The notes under the pieces are model-generated. The model was not told where the DNA came from. It worked only from the letters and a program-made list of their open reading frames with translations, and did no database searches. The position numbers and the translations under genes were made by a program. Source: Planctomycetota bacterium (GTDB taxonomy: Bacteria > Planctomycetota > Phycisphaerae > Phycisphaerales > UBA1924). Taken from it: a stretch of DNA of 40,000 nucleotides. How positions within the stretch are numbered: position 1 is the first letter of the stretch; every line of letters starts with the position of its first letter. Below, one piece after another: positions 10,179-20,253 of this stretch. The DNA lies in NCBI GenBank assembly GCA_018242625.1, contig JAFEBO010000006.1:241132-281131 (forward strand). The letters run 5' to 3'.

Positions 10179-10227
10179 TTCGAAGGTGGTCCCCCGTCTT
10201 ACCAGCGCACCGCCCACACCGTTGCGT

Positions 10228-11079
10228 TTACCGCTCAATCGGAACGCCGATCACGCTCCCATACTCCGTCCACGACCCGTCGTAATTCCGCACATCCTTC
10301 AGCCCCAACAGGTACTTCAGCACAAACCACGTGTGGCTGCTGCGCTCTCCAATGCGGCAGTACGCAACCGTCGGCTTCCCGGGGTTCAGCTTCGCCTCGA
10401 CCAGGTAAAGCTGCTTCAGCTCCTCGAGCGGCTTGAAAGTCCCGTCCTGATTCACCGCCCGGGCCCAGGGCACACTCGCCGCGCCCGGCACGTGCCCGCC
10501 ACGCTGCGCCGTTTCGGTCATCCCCGGCGGCGCGATCACCTTCCCGCTGAATTCATCCGGCGAGCGCACATCCACCAGATTCGATGGCCGCGAAGAGCTC
10601 CGCGCAATCTCGATCACATCGAGCAGCTTCGCCCGCAGCGACTCGTCCGCCGACGCAGCCCTGTACGCCGTCGGGGTCACGGCCGTCTTCTCCGCCGTGA
10701 GCGGCAAGTCCGCGCCCGCCAGCCACTTCACCCGCCCGCCATTCAGCAGCCGCACGTCCCTGTGCCCGTACAGCTTGAACAGCCAGAACGCATACGCCGC
10801 AAACCAGTTGTTGTTGTCGCCATACAGAATCACCGTGTCGCTGTTCGTGATCCCGGCGCCGCCCACCAGCTTCTCAAACTCCTCCTTGCTCACAATGTCG
10901 CGCCGCACCTGGTCCTGCAGCTGCGTCTGCCAGTTGAACCCCACAGCGCCGGGGATATGACCAACCTCGTACGCCTTGGTGTCCACATCGACCTCAACAA
11001 ACCTGATCCCGGGCTTGCTGATATTCGCCTTCGCCCAATCGGTTTCAACCAGAACTTCTGGATATGCGTAGCTGCTCAT
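10228..11079 (-). CDS. thiosulfate/3-mercaptopyruvate sulfurtransferase (tandem rhodanese domains)
   Basis: 283 aa. The active-site loop CRIGERSSHTW lies in the C-terminal rhodanese domain, and the N-terminal part (GHIPGAVGFNW) fits an inactive rhodanese domain. It sits 67 nt downstream of the cysteine synthase gene on the same strand. Confidence 0.85.
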   Translation of the reverse strand: MSSYAYPEVLVETDWAKANISKPGIRFVEVDVDTKAYEVGHIPGAVGFNWQTQLQDQVRRDIVSKEEFEKLVGGAGITNSDTVILYGDNNNWFAAYAFWLFKLYGHRDVRLLNGGRVKWLAGADLPLTAEKTAVTPTAYRAASADESLRAKLLDVIEIARSSSRPSNLVDVRSPDEFSGKVIAPPGMTETAQRGGHVPGAASVPWARAVNQDGTFKPLEELKQLYLVEAKLNPGKPTVAYCRIGERSSHTWFVLKYLLGLKDVRNYDGSWTEYGSVIGVPIER

Positions 11080-11146
11080 TGCTGAACCCCTTTCAAAACG
11101 CTCGCTCGCGCGATGCCTTTATGTGTCACTTGCCAACATCGACTCT

Positions 11147-12127
11147 TCACTCTTCCCCCAGCCCAGGCACATGCCTCACCATGCTCGACACGTACTTGAA
11201 CACGTTGTCACAGAACATCATCACCCCCACACCCTTCTGCTTCGTGTCGCGCTCCAGCACCCGCCGGGCGCCCTCGTAGATCAACCCGCTGGAAGGCCCC
11301 GCGAAGAGACCTTCCGTTCGACACAATTCCAGCACCCGCGTGTACGCCAGCTCGAACGGAATCTCGAGAATCTCGTCGATCTGCTTCTCATCAAACAGCT
11401 TCGTCACGTGCAGTTCGCTCTTGTTGCGAAGCCCCGGCACATCGTGCCCTTCGCTCGGCTGCACCGCGATGATCCTGATCGCCGGGTTCTTCCCCTTCAG
11501 GAATCTCGACAGCCCCATCGCCGTCCCCGCCGTCCCCAGCGAAACAAACGCGTGCGTAATCCGGCCCTCGGTCTGTCTCCAGATCTCCGGCCCGGTCGTC
11601 CGCACGTGCGCCGCCACGTTCAGCTCATTCTCGTACTGGTTCGGCATCACGTAATGGTCCTTCTGCGCTTTCGCATACGACCTGGCGATGCCGATCGAAC
11701 CCTCGCCCATGCCCGGGCTCGGACACATCTGATCGTTGATGACATCCACATCCGCCCCCGCGATGCGCAGCAGCACTCTCTTCTCCAGCGGGACTTTCTG
11801 CGGCACAACCGCCCGCATCGCATACCCCTTCGCCGACGCCATCGCCGCCAGGCTGATCCCCGTGTTGCCGCTCGTCGGCTCCACGATCCCCCGGCCGCTC
11901 GCCCGCGTCTCGCCGCGCCTGAGTTCCCCGCGACTCTCCAGATCGCGGATCATCTCCGACGCGGCGCGGTCCTTGATCGAACCGAACGGATTCAACCACT
12001 CCAGTTTCGCGTACAACTCAAAGGCCGGTGCCGGGTTCATCTTCCCGATCCGCACCATCGGCGAGGGATTCTCCTCGCCCGGAAGCATCTCGAAAATGCT
12101 GTCGTACACGCGTGTCCGATGATTCAT
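11147..12127 (-). CDS. PLP-dependent cysteine synthase family protein (CysK/CysM-like)
   Basis: 326 aa. It has the PLP-lysine motif NPFGSIKDRAA, plus EPTSGNTGISLA and a glycine loop region (LGTAGTAMG). Confidence 0.88.
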   Translation of the reverse strand: MNHRTRVYDSIFEMLPGEENPSPMVRIGKMNPAPAFELYAKLEWLNPFGSIKDRAASEMIRDLESRGELRRGETRASGRGIVEPTSGNTGISLAAMASAKGYAMRAVVPQKVPLEKRVLLRIAGADVDVINDQMCPSPGMGEGSIGIARSYAKAQKDHYVMPNQYENELNVAAHVRTTGPEIWRQTEGRITHAFVSLGTAGTAMGLSRFLKGKNPAIRIIAVQPSEGHDVPGLRNKSELHVTKLFDEKQIDEILEIPFELAYTRVLELCRTEGLFAGPSSGLIYEGARRVLERDTKQKGVGVMMFCDNVFKYVSSMVRHVPGLGEE

Positions 12128-12429
12128 GCCTTCTCACTCACAGTCTCGCCCCGCGGGGCGTAACGCCGCCCGTGGAACGCAAAGGTCCGTCCGATCGCCT
12201 GTTCAAATGACCCGGTTTCGCGGCACATCCGCGCCGGCGCGATTACGCGCAGCGCGTACACAGCGCATCGGCGCTCGCCACGCATCGAACGAAGCTGTTC
12301 AAAGCCTCATGCTGCATACAGCAAGTATACCGCACCCAGCAAGGACGGGACCACGCGAGAGAGCCCGCCCGCCCTTCCCCGCCACATGTCTCTGTGGATC
12401 GGAGTCTCTGCGCTGAACTCTTGCGCCTC

Positions 12430-13215
12430 TTATTTGCCCGAAAAATGCTTGTTCACGTCCGACATCATCTGCAGCGTCCGCTGCGACTGGATCGGGTTCG
12501 CATGATTCGCGACATTCCCGTTCAGAAACGTCACAATCCCCGCCGCCATCTTCGCCGAGCGCTCCGGACCCATCTTCTTCCGCATCTCTTCCCGCTGCTT
12601 CGTCTGCTTGCGGACATCTTCCAGGATCTCCTCGTCGCTCCGGTCGCCCCGCCCGGAAACCTGGTCGCCGATCCGCGTCCATTCGATCACCGATTTCTCA
12701 AGAAACGCGCCCCGCTCCTCGGGCGGCACCTTCGCATAGTCCACCGCGCTCGCATCCACCATGTCGAGCATAAGTTTCGCCCCGTTCTCCTGAATCTGCT
12801 CACGCGCCCGCCCGCTGATCCCCGCCGCAAAGCTCGCCAGGATCGCCGAATCCGAACTGCTCGCGTTCCGCACCCGGTCCGCAAACTCCCGGATCAGCTT
12901 CAGCCGCTCCTTGATCGGAAGCGCATTGAAGTCGCTCCGCAAGAAGGTGTACTCCGCCAGATCATCCACCGGATCAAGCTCGTAGTTGGGCCGATGGTGC
13001 AGCCGCCAGTACTCATACCCCCCCGCCGCGCCGCCCCCGACAAGCACCACCGCCCCGGCAATCACCAGCCGCCGCCTCGCCGCCGCACTCCCCCACAAAG
13101 CACCAGCGATCCTCGCAATCGCCGCGCGCACCACGCCCGGCCCCGCCGGCCGTCCGGCCGCCGCCGCATCGATCTGCAGGTCGTCAAGCAGCGATCCCGC
13201 CTTGTGCTCGCTCAT
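12430..13215 (-). CDS. hypothetical membrane-anchored protein
   Basis: 261-aa ORF with a single predicted TM segment (LVIAGAVVLVGGGAAGGY) after an Ala/Gly-rich N-terminus. The composition is protein-like, but I recognise no motif. Confidence 0.55.
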   Translation of the reverse strand: MSEHKAGSLLDDLQIDAAAAGRPAGPGVVRAAIARIAGALWGSAAARRRLVIAGAVVLVGGGAAGGYEYWRLHHRPNYELDPVDDLAEYTFLRSDFNALPIKERLKLIREFADRVRNASSSDSAILASFAAGISGRAREQIQENGAKLMLDMVDASAVDYAKVPPEERGAFLEKSVIEWTRIGDQVSGRGDRSDEEILEDVRKQTKQREEMRKKMGPERSAKMAAGIVTFLNGNVANHANPIQSQRTLQMMSDVNKHFSGK

Positions 13216-13222
13216 AAACCCC

Positions 13223-13900
13223 TCACTTCAGCCGATCGTTCGGCTCTTTGAAAAGCTGCATGATCAGTTCCGCAATCTGCGCACTCGACGGCCGCGCAAT
13301 CGACCAGTCCACCCGCATCCCGTTGTCCATGTAAAGGGCATTCCGCCTGTCCATCGATGCCGGCCTCACCTTGTGCCACTGATCGCCGCACGCCAGCACC
13401 GGCCAGAAGTTCTTCTCGTAGAACTTCGTGATCGAAAACTCCGGCCGCGTCAGCTTCAGATTGATGAAGTCCGTCAGCAGCATGATCGAGCCCGGCCAGT
13501 ATTCATAGCTGCTCCCGCCCACCCGCCAGGTCGGTTCGAGATTCGTCGCCGGATCCGTGCCGATCACGTCCGAAGGACACTTCCACGGCTCGTTCGAACG
13601 GAAATACCCGTCCGCCTCCTTGATCGGCCGCGGCGCATCCAGGTATTCCCCCACCACCGCCGGAAACGTCGGCCGGTCCGTCGCCTCGATCAGCCCGCTC
13701 GCAAACGGCAGCAGCCCCTTCGACTTGGTGTCCATGTACATCTGCAGCCCCTTGCCGATGCTCGACAGGTTCGCCATGCACTTGACGCGCCGCGCCGTCT
13801 CCCGCGCGCCGCTCATCGCCGGTAGCGCAATGCCCAAGAGCAGCGCAATGACCGCGATGACCACCAGCAGCTCGATCAGGGTGAACGCAACTCGACGCAT
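13223..13900 (-). CDS. prepilin-type N-terminal cleavage/methylation domain protein (DUF1559-like pseudopilin)
   Basis: The N-terminus [28 protein letters not shown] is the classic type IV pilin/pseudopilin leader plus hydrophobic helix. The body resembles the large planctomycete DUF1559 family. Confidence 0.85.
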   Translation of the reverse strand: MRRVAFTLIELLVVIAVIALLLGIALPAMSGARETARRVKCMANLSSIGKGLQMYMDTKSKGLLPFASGLIEATDRPTFPAVVGEYLDAPRPIKEADGYFRSNEPWKCPSDVIGTDPATNLEPTWRVGGSSYEYWPGSIMLLTDFINLKLTRPEFSITKFYEKNFWPVLACGDQWHKVRPASMDRRNALYMDNGMRVDWSIARPSSAQIAELIMQLFKEPNDRLK

Positions 13901-13934
13901 AGGCCCCCGGGCGTAATGGTAGAGGGCCCCACGC

Positions 13935-15185
13935 TCACTTCCCCTCCCGCGCCACCCGCTCCACCTCCGCGCCCGCCGCGGCCTGCTTGGCCATGTTCAC
14001 AACCACCTCTTCGCCCGGCGCCACCCCTTCCAGTATCTCAATCTTCGCGCCGCTGTCGCGCCCGATCGTCACGGGCCGATATTCCAGCTTCCCATCCTTC
14101 ACCACGGCCAATTGCGCCTTCCCATCCCGGATCAGGAGCGCCTCGCTGGGCACCAGCACGCCCCGCGCCTCCCCCGGAATGGTCAGTTGCACCTCCGCAA
14201 ACATCCCGGGCAAAAGCTCGTTCGCCGGGTTCTCCACCCGCGCCTCGGCGAGCCGCGTCCGCGTCGATGTGTCCATCGCCGAAGCAATCCGCACAATCTC
14301 ACCCTCGAACACCTTGCCCGGCAGCTCGCGGACCGTCAGCCGGATCTTGTGCCCGGGCACCACGCGCACGGCCGCCGACTGCGGCAGATCAATAAACACC
14401 CGCATCTGCGCCCGGTCCACCACCCGGAACACCGGCTTGTTGCTGTCCGTCTTGTCCGCGATCACCAGGTCGCCGACATCAAACCCGCGCTCGCCGATCT
14501 CCCCCGCAAACGGCGCGACGATCGTCGCCAGCTCCTTCTGCTCCCGCAGCCGCTGCATGTTCGCCTGCTCCGCCTCGAGCGATGTCTTCGCCGCCGCCAG
14601 CGCCGCGGCATCCACATCCGCTCTCCCCTGCGCATCGTCGATCGACTGCTGCGACACAACCCCCGCGTCCACGCTCCGCAGCCGCCGGATCGTCAGCTCC
14701 GACGATTTCGCCTGCGCCTCCGCCTGGACCACCTTCGCCCGCGACGTCGCAACGTTCGCGCTCGCCGAGCGGATCTGCTGGTCAAGCACCGGAGTATCGA
14801 TGATCGCCAGCACCTGCCCCGCCCTCACCCGGTCCCCGATGTCCGCCCGGATCTCCTTCACATACCCGCCCTCGCGCGCGTAAATCGCCGCCGATACAAC
14901 CGCCTGCAGCCGCGCGGGCAGCTCGATCTTCTGATCCGCACCCGCCGCCGCCGCAACCACCGTGCTCACACGAGGCTTCTCCGCCAGACGATCGCCCGTA
15001 CGCTGCACAAGCGACGCCCGAGCCTGCATCCGCGGCACAACCCCAAGCACGATCACCAGCACCGCCATCACCACCAGCACCAGCCCGAGCGAAACCGGCA
15101 CGACGAGGCGCGCACGCCGCGTAATCTCCGGCACGCCGTGCCCGGCCGCGGCAGTCTGTTCCGTTTGTGTGTTTGTCTCGCTCAT
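13935..15185 (-). CDS. RND efflux periplasmic adaptor (membrane fusion protein)
   Basis: 416 aa. It has an N-terminal TM segment, a coiled-coil hairpin ([25 protein letters not shown]), and lipoyl/beta-barrel-like segments. It overlaps the RND pump gene by 4 nt. Confidence 0.85.
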   Translation of the reverse strand: MSETNTQTEQTAAAGHGVPEITRRARLVVPVSLGLVLVVMAVLVIVLGVVPRMQARASLVQRTGDRLAEKPRVSTVVAAAAGADQKIELPARLQAVVSAAIYAREGGYVKEIRADIGDRVRAGQVLAIIDTPVLDQQIRSASANVATSRAKVVQAEAQAKSSELTIRRLRSVDAGVVSQQSIDDAQGRADVDAAALAAAKTSLEAEQANMQRLREQKELATIVAPFAGEIGERGFDVGDLVIADKTDSNKPVFRVVDRAQMRVFIDLPQSAAVRVVPGHKIRLTVRELPGKVFEGEIVRIASAMDTSTRTRLAEARVENPANELLPGMFAEVQLTIPGEARGVLVPSEALLIRDGKAQLAVVKDGKLEYRPVTIGRDSGAKIEILEGVAPGEEVVVNMAKQAAAGAEVERVAREGK

Positions 15186-18100
15186 GCGACCGCAAGCTCC
15201 GGTTCAAGACCAGTCTCCGGCGCCCGCCGACGCAGCACCGAATACAACACGGGCACAACCAGCAACGTCACCCCCGTCGCCACCACAAGGCCCCCGATCA
15301 CCGCCCGCCCCAGCGGCGCATTCTGCTCCCCGCCCTCCCCCATCCCGACCGCCATCGGCAGCATCCCCATGATCATCGCGCCCGCCGTCATAAGCACCGG
15401 ACGCAGCCGCGTGTGCCCGGCACTGAACGCCGCGCTCAGCGCATCCGCCCCCTCACGCCGCTGATCGTTCGCAAATGTCACCAGCAGGATCGCGTTCGCC
15501 GTCGCCACGCCCACGCACATGATCGCCCCCATCAGCGACGGCACGCTGAACGTCGTCCCCGTCATCAGCAGCATCGCGATCACGCCCACCAGAGCCCCGG
15601 GCACCGCCATGATGATGATGAACGGATCCGTCCACGACTGAAAATTCACGACCATCAGGAAGTAGACCAGCAGCACCGCCGCCACCAGCCCCGTGCTCAG
15701 CCCGATGAAACTCTCCTGCATCGCCCGATACTGCCCCCGCACCACGATCGTCGTGCCCCGCGGCAGGTCCTTCTTCACCTCCGCGATGATCGCGTCCACA
15801 CGCTCCCCGACCGAAGCAAGATCCGTCCCCGCCGCAGAGGCCAGCACGTCGAACACCGGCTGCACGTTGTAGTGGCTGATCGAGAGCGGCGTCACCGACC
15901 GCTTCACCGTCGCAAGGTTCTCCAGAAGCTGCGGCGATTTCCCCGGCCCCGACGTGATCGGCGTCGTCGCCAGGTCGCTCAGGTGCTCGAACCGGTACGG
16001 AGGCGTCTGCACCGCCACCAGGTAGTTCACGCCGTTCTGCGGATTCAGCCAGTAGTTCGGCGCCGCCTGCCCCGACCCCGACAGCGACGTCAGCAGGCTC
16101 GACGCCACATCCCGCTGCGTCATCCCGATCTCCGCCGCACGCGTCCGATCCACCTCCACAAACATGCTCGGCGCTTCCGCCACCTGCTGCAGATGCACGT
16201 CCGCCGCGCCGGGGATCTTCTCGATCTCCGCCAGCAGCCTGTTCGCCACCGCCAGGTTCGACGCCCGGTTCGGACCCGTCACCTGCACGTCGATCGGCGC
16301 CGCAAGCCCGAAGTTCAGAATCTGCGACACAATGTCCGCGCTCTGAAAGAAGAACGACAACTCGGGGAACTTCCTGGGCAAGTCCTCACGCAGATGCGCC
16401 ACGATCTCCTCGGTGCTCCCGCCGTACTCAGGCTTCAGCGACACCAGGATCTCCCCGTCCGCCGTCGATACCGTCGACGAATCCGAAAACGCAAGATTCA
16501 CGCCCCCCGCCGGCAGCCCGATGTTGTCCAGCACCATCCCGAGCGCCTTCCCGGGGATCGCCTCGCGGATGTAGTCCTCCACCGCCATGAAATACTGCTC
16601 GCTCTGCTCGATCCGTGTCCCCGCAGGACAACGCACGTGCAGCCGGAACTGCCCCGCATCCACCGACGGAAAGAAATCCCGTCCCACGAGCGGCGCCGCG
16701 GCAATCCCGCCCGCGATCAGCACACCAAACCCAAGCAGCGTCACAACACGGTTCCGAAGGGTCCACGCCAGCGCTGTCTCATATCCCGCTCGCAGCACGT
16801 CAAACCCGGCATTAAACCCGCGATGCACCGCCCAGATCGGCCCCGTCCCCGACCCGTGCTCGCCCGACTGATAGATCGCCGTCTCCCGCACCAGGAGGTA
16901 CCGCGCCAGCGTCGGCACGATCGTCCGCGACAGCGCATAACTCGCCAGCATCGCAAACACCACCGCCAGCGCGAGCGGCACAAACAGGAACTTGCCCGCT
17001 CCCGTAATAAACAGCACCGGCACAAACACGATGCAGATCGCCAGCGTCGACACAAACGCCGGCAGCGCAATCTGCTGCGCCCCGTCCAGAATCGCCGTCA
17101 AGAGCGGCTTCTTCATGGCGAGATTCCGGTGGATGTTCTCGATCTCCACCGTCGCATCGTCCACCAGGATGCCCACCGCCAGCCCCAGCCCGCCCAGCGT
17201 CATCGTGTTCAGCGTGTAGCCCAGAGCATTCAGGCAGATGATCGACACCAGCACCGCCAGCGGAATCGAAATCGCGATGATCACCGTCGACCGCCACGAA
17301 CCCAGGAAGAGCAGGATCATCAGCGCCGTCAGCCCCGCCGCGATCAGGGCCTCGTGCAGCACGCCATCAATCGCCGCCCGCACGAACAGCGACTGGTCGA
17401 ACAGCAGCTGGATATCCACGCCCTGCGGGATCGTCGCCTTGATCTGCGGCAGCGCCTCCTTCACCCGCTCCACAATGTCCAGCGTCGAGTAACCCGCCGA
17501 CTTCAGAATCGTCAGAAGCGCCGACCGCACCCCGTCCACATGCACCATCGACGTCTGCACCGCAAACCCGTCCCGCACCTGCGCCACATCCCGCAGGTAC
17601 ACCGTCTTGTCCCCGCTGTGCAGCACCGGAATCCGCTCCAGTTCCGCCAGCACCGCCGGGCTCGAGTTGGTCAGCACGCTGTAATCGCTGCCGCCCAGCT
17701 TGAGAGATCCCGCCGGAAGAATGACGTTCTGCGCGTTGATCTGGACCGATATGTCCGCCGGCGAAAGCCCACGCGCGGTCAGTTCCTGCGGATTCAGATC
17801 CACCTGGATCTGCCGCGCCTTCCCGCCCCAGGGCAGCGGCACCTGCGCACCCTGCACCGTCGCCAGCCGGGTGCGGATGAAGTTCAGACCGATATCAAAC
17901 AGCGACTGCTCCGACAGCGTCTTGGACCCAAGCGCCATCTGCAGGATCGGCACGTTCGACGCCGAATACCGGATGATCAGGGGCGGCGTCGTGCCCGGCG
18001 GCATGATCCGCAGCAGCGTTTGATTGATCGCGGTCACCTGCGCCACCGCCGCGTCCACCTTCACATCCGGCTGAAAGAAAATCCGGATCACCGACACGCC

Positions 18101-18361
18101 CGTCAGCGACGTGCTCTCGATGTGCTCGATGCCCGACACCGTGGTCGTCATCGCACGCTCCGAGATCGTCACAATCCGCCGCTCCATCTCCTCCGGCGAA
18201 ATCCCGCCGTACGACCAGATCACCGACACCACCGGAATGTCAATCTCCGGAAAGATGTCCACCGGCATCCGCCGGATCGTCACCATCCCAAAGAGAATGA
18301 GCACCAGCGACGCCACCACAAAGGTGTACGGCCTGCGAAGAGCGAGTCGGACAATCCACAT
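15182..18361 (-). CDS. RND family efflux transporter (AcrB/CzcA-type permease)
   Basis: 1059 aa. The N-terminus MWIVRLALRRPYTFVVASLVLILFGMVTIRRMPVDIFPEIDIPVV is typical of the family. The ORF shows a 12-TM architecture with two large periplasmic loops. Confidence 0.93.
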   Translation of the reverse strand: MWIVRLALRRPYTFVVASLVLILFGMVTIRRMPVDIFPEIDIPVVSVIWSYGGISPEEMERRIVTISERAMTTTVSGIEHIESTSLTGVSVIRIFFQPDVKVDAAVAQVTAINQTLLRIMPPGTTPPLIIRYSASNVPILQMALGSKTLSEQSLFDIGLNFIRTRLATVQGAQVPLPWGGKARQIQVDLNPQELTARGLSPADISVQINAQNVILPAGSLKLGGSDYSVLTNSSPAVLAELERIPVLHSGDKTVYLRDVAQVRDGFAVQTSMVHVDGVRSALLTILKSAGYSTLDIVERVKEALPQIKATIPQGVDIQLLFDQSLFVRAAIDGVLHEALIAAGLTALMILLFLGSWRSTVIIAISIPLAVLVSIICLNALGYTLNTMTLGGLGLAVGILVDDATVEIENIHRNLAMKKPLLTAILDGAQQIALPAFVSTLAICIVFVPVLFITGAGKFLFVPLALAVVFAMLASYALSRTIVPTLARYLLVRETAIYQSGEHGSGTGPIWAVHRGFNAGFDVLRAGYETALAWTLRNRVVTLLGFGVLIAGGIAAAPLVGRDFFPSVDAGQFRLHVRCPAGTRIEQSEQYFMAVEDYIREAIPGKALGMVLDNIGLPAGGVNLAFSDSSTVSTADGEILVSLKPEYGGSTEEIVAHLREDLPRKFPELSFFFQSADIVSQILNFGLAAPIDVQVTGPNRASNLAVANRLLAEIEKIPGAADVHLQQVAEAPSMFVEVDRTRAAEIGMTQRDVASSLLTSLSGSGQAAPNYWLNPQNGVNYLVAVQTPPYRFEHLSDLATTPITSGPGKSPQLLENLATVKRSVTPLSISHYNVQPVFDVLASAAGTDLASVGERVDAIIAEVKKDLPRGTTIVVRGQYRAMQESFIGLSTGLVAAVLLVYFLMVVNFQSWTDPFIIIMAVPGALVGVIAMLLMTGTTFSVPSLMGAIMCVGVATANAILLVTFANDQRREGADALSAAFSAGHTRLRPVLMTAGAMIMGMLPMAVGMGEGGEQNAPLGRAVIGGLVVATGVTLLVVPVLYSVLRRRAPETGLEPELAVA

Positions 18362-18395
18362 TCAAAGATCCGCGGCAAAGGAAACCCGGACAAAC

Positions 18396-18425
18396 CTTAC
18401 GCTGTAAGTGTACGATACAATCGAT
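18396..18425. promoter_or_regulatory. candidate TetR operator / divergent promoter region
   Basis: The 113-nt divergent intergenic region between the RND start (18361) and the TetR start (18475) holds two inverted repeats: CTTAC-GCT-GTAAG (18396-18408) and CGAT-ACA-ATCG (18413-18423). Confidence 0.25.
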
Positions 18426-18474
18426 GCTCCACCGCGCGTAAAGTTTCGCCCGGACCGGCCCGGACCCGAATTTC

Positions 18475-19182
18475 ATGCCCCGCACTACGAAAAAATCCCG
18501 AAGACCCCGCCTCTCCTGCGCCAGAATCACGCAGCACGCCATCCGGATCATCGACCGCTCCGGCACCGAATCCCTCTCCATGAGATCGCTCTCATCCTCC
18601 CTCGGCGTCGAAGCCATGTCGCTCTACGCCCACTTCGCCAGCAAGGACGAGCTCCTCGGCGCCGTCGCCGCCGCGCTCCTCGACGAAGTCGAGCTTCCCG
18701 CCACCCGCTCTTCGCCCCGCTCTCGGCTCGAATCGCTCGCCCGCGGCATGCGCCTGCTCGGTCACAAGCACCCCAACGCCTTCGCGCTCGTCATCCTCAA
18801 CCCCCAGCGCCTCGCCTCCGCGCTCCGCCTCACCGAATTCGCTCTCCACGCCTTCACCGACGCCGGACTCTCCGGCCGCGCCGCCGTCCAGGCCCAGCGC
18901 GTCCTGCTCGGCTTCGTCCGCGGCTACACCCTCTGGGAAATCGGCGGATTCGCCATCGGCTGCCGCCCCGGCCCCGGCCGCCCCGTCCGCGCCCGCGTCG
19001 CCCGCGACCTGCGCGCACTCGGCCAGCCCCGCTTCCCCAACATCCACCGCTTCGCCGACGAACTCACCCACTTCTCGCCCGACGCCGAGTTCGAGAGCGG
19101 AGTCCGCCTCATCCTCGACGCAACCCTGCCGGCCCGCAAAAACAAAAGCGGGCGCACTTCGCGCCCGCATACCCCGCGCTGA
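18475..19182 (+). CDS. TetR/AcrR family transcriptional regulator
   Basis: 235 aa. The N-terminal HTH is ITQHAIRIIDRSGTESLSMRSLSSSLGVEAMSLYAHFASKDELL. It is divergent from the RND operon. Confidence 0.88.
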   Translation: MPRTTKKSRRPRLSCARITQHAIRIIDRSGTESLSMRSLSSSLGVEAMSLYAHFASKDELLGAVAAALLDEVELPATRSSPRSRLESLARGMRLLGHKHPNAFALVILNPQRLASALRLTEFALHAFTDAGLSGRAAVQAQRVLLGFVRGYTLWEIGGFAIGCRPGPGRPVRARVARDLRALGQPRFPNIHRFADELTHFSPDAEFESGVRLILDATLPARKNKSGRTSRPHTPR

Positions 19183-19188
19183 TCGCGT

Positions 19189-20253
19189 TTACCGGTTCGG
19201 CCGCGTCGGAGCGCCCCGCCGGAATCCGCCGCCGCCCCCCGGCCCCCCGCGGAACCCCGGCCGCTCCAGCGTCCCGCCCGACTCGATCACCTGCCGCTCG
19301 TACCGCGCCTTCCCCGCCTTGTAATCCATCAGGAACAGCGCCTTCTCCGCCTTCTGCCCCGCAACTTCATACAGCCGCTTGCGCGCAAACATCAGGTCCG
19401 TCCGCCGCGAAACATGGCAGAGCACAAGCGCCTGACACTGCAGCACACCCAGCCACTCCGCCACATCATCCACGTGCATGTGCATGCCCACCTTCGCCCG
19501 CTCCTTGTGGTCGGGCTCAAAGAACGTGCACTCACAGATCACGATCTGCGCCGTCAGCACCTCCGGCCGCAGCAGCGCCGCGCACGGCTGCGTGTCCCCA
19601 AGGTACGCAAGCAGCGGAATCTCCAGCGTCCGCGTGATCTCGATCCCGCGGTCCTTCAGCTCCTTGAGCTTCTCCTGCGGCAGATCCACGTACTCCGGCT
19701 TCAGCTTGCTCCGCTTCTCGATCACCGCGTAGCCCATCGAAGGCGCCGTGTGCTCCGTGTAAAACCCGCGCAAAAAAATGTTGTTCTTGATCTCGACCTG
19801 ATCGTTCTCTTTCAGCTCGATCAGTTCGTACGGGGTCGTCTGCTGCTCCAGATCAATGAACCCCTCCATCATCCGCCGGATCGACGGCGCAATCCGCGCA
19901 TCGCACACGATCCGCGCATCACCCATCCCCTGGAACCGCCTCTGGCTGCTGTAATACGCCAGGCCCCCAACGTGATCCATGTGCCCGTGGCTGATCGCGC
20001 AGTACTTGCTCGCCAGCGCCGCACGCGGACACTGCCCCATGTCGAAGCACACATCCAACTCCGGAACCTGGATCGTCGTCACCTCGCCCGCGACAGAAAA
20101 TCCCTGCACGCGGTACGGCGGTATGAAATAGAAGCCCAGGGAGCCCTCACGGGGCGGCGGTTTCGGAATCATCCGGCAAATCTCCGTCAAGCGAAGGCCT
20201 TCGCCCTCGCCGGCTTGGTGCGCGGCGAACACCGCCACGCTCATCTCATCCAT
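19189..20253 (-). CDS. MBL-fold metallo-hydrolase (RNase Z-like) with RGG-rich tail
   Basis: It lies inside ORF 19189..20559. It has the HGHMDH metal motif (ISHGHMDHVGG). I take the ATG at 20253 (MDEMSV...) because it overlaps the ATPase stop as TAATG; MSVAVF or MIPKPPP are alternative starts. The C-terminus is GFRGGPGGGGGFRRGAPTRPNR. Confidence 0.75.
   Translation of the reverse strand: MDEMSVAVFAAHQAGEGEGLRLTEICRMIPKPPPREGSLGFYFIPPYRVQGFSVAGEVTTIQVPELDVCFDMGQCPRAALASKYCAISHGHMDHVGGLAYYSSQRRFQGMGDARIVCDARIAPSIRRMMEGFIDLEQQTTPYELIELKENDQVEIKNNIFLRGFYTEHTAPSMGYAVIEKRSKLKPEYVDLPQEKLKELKDRGIEITRTLEIPLLAYLGDTQPCAALLRPEVLTAQIVICECTFFEPDHKERAKVGMHMHVDDVAEWLGVLQCQALVLCHVSRRTDLMFARKRLYEVAGQKAEKALFLMDYKAGKARYERQVIESGGTLERPGFRGGPGGGGGFRRGAPTRPNR

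Noticed and set aside
10190-10227. The minus-strand string GGTGCGCTGGTAAGAC is reminiscent of the RNase P RNA GGTAAGAGCGCACC region
   Set aside because: The element order differs. I found no GAGGAAAGTCC-type P4 sequence or other conserved RNase P blocks nearby. The segment lies between a stop codon and its terminator.
12128-12429. The 300-nt leader of the cysteine synthase gene, considered as a SAM or T-box riboswitch. It contains the palindrome TGCTG-CATA-CAGCA at 12310-12323.
   Set aside because: I recognised no S-box/SAM-II/T-box consensus blocks by eye. The palindrome may be a regulator site, but I have no supporting evidence, so I left it unannotated.
15167-18583. A very long + strand ORF (1138 aa), and similar giants at 1037-2752 (+), 6018-8330 (+), 21243-22304 (+), 21977-23518 (+) and 37658-39634 (-)
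   Set aside because: All are extremely Arg/Pro/His-rich low-complexity translations lying antisense to well-supported genes (the RND pump, cysS, the ATPase, MoxR, the coiled-coil gene and others). Open antisense frames are expected at about 67% G+C.
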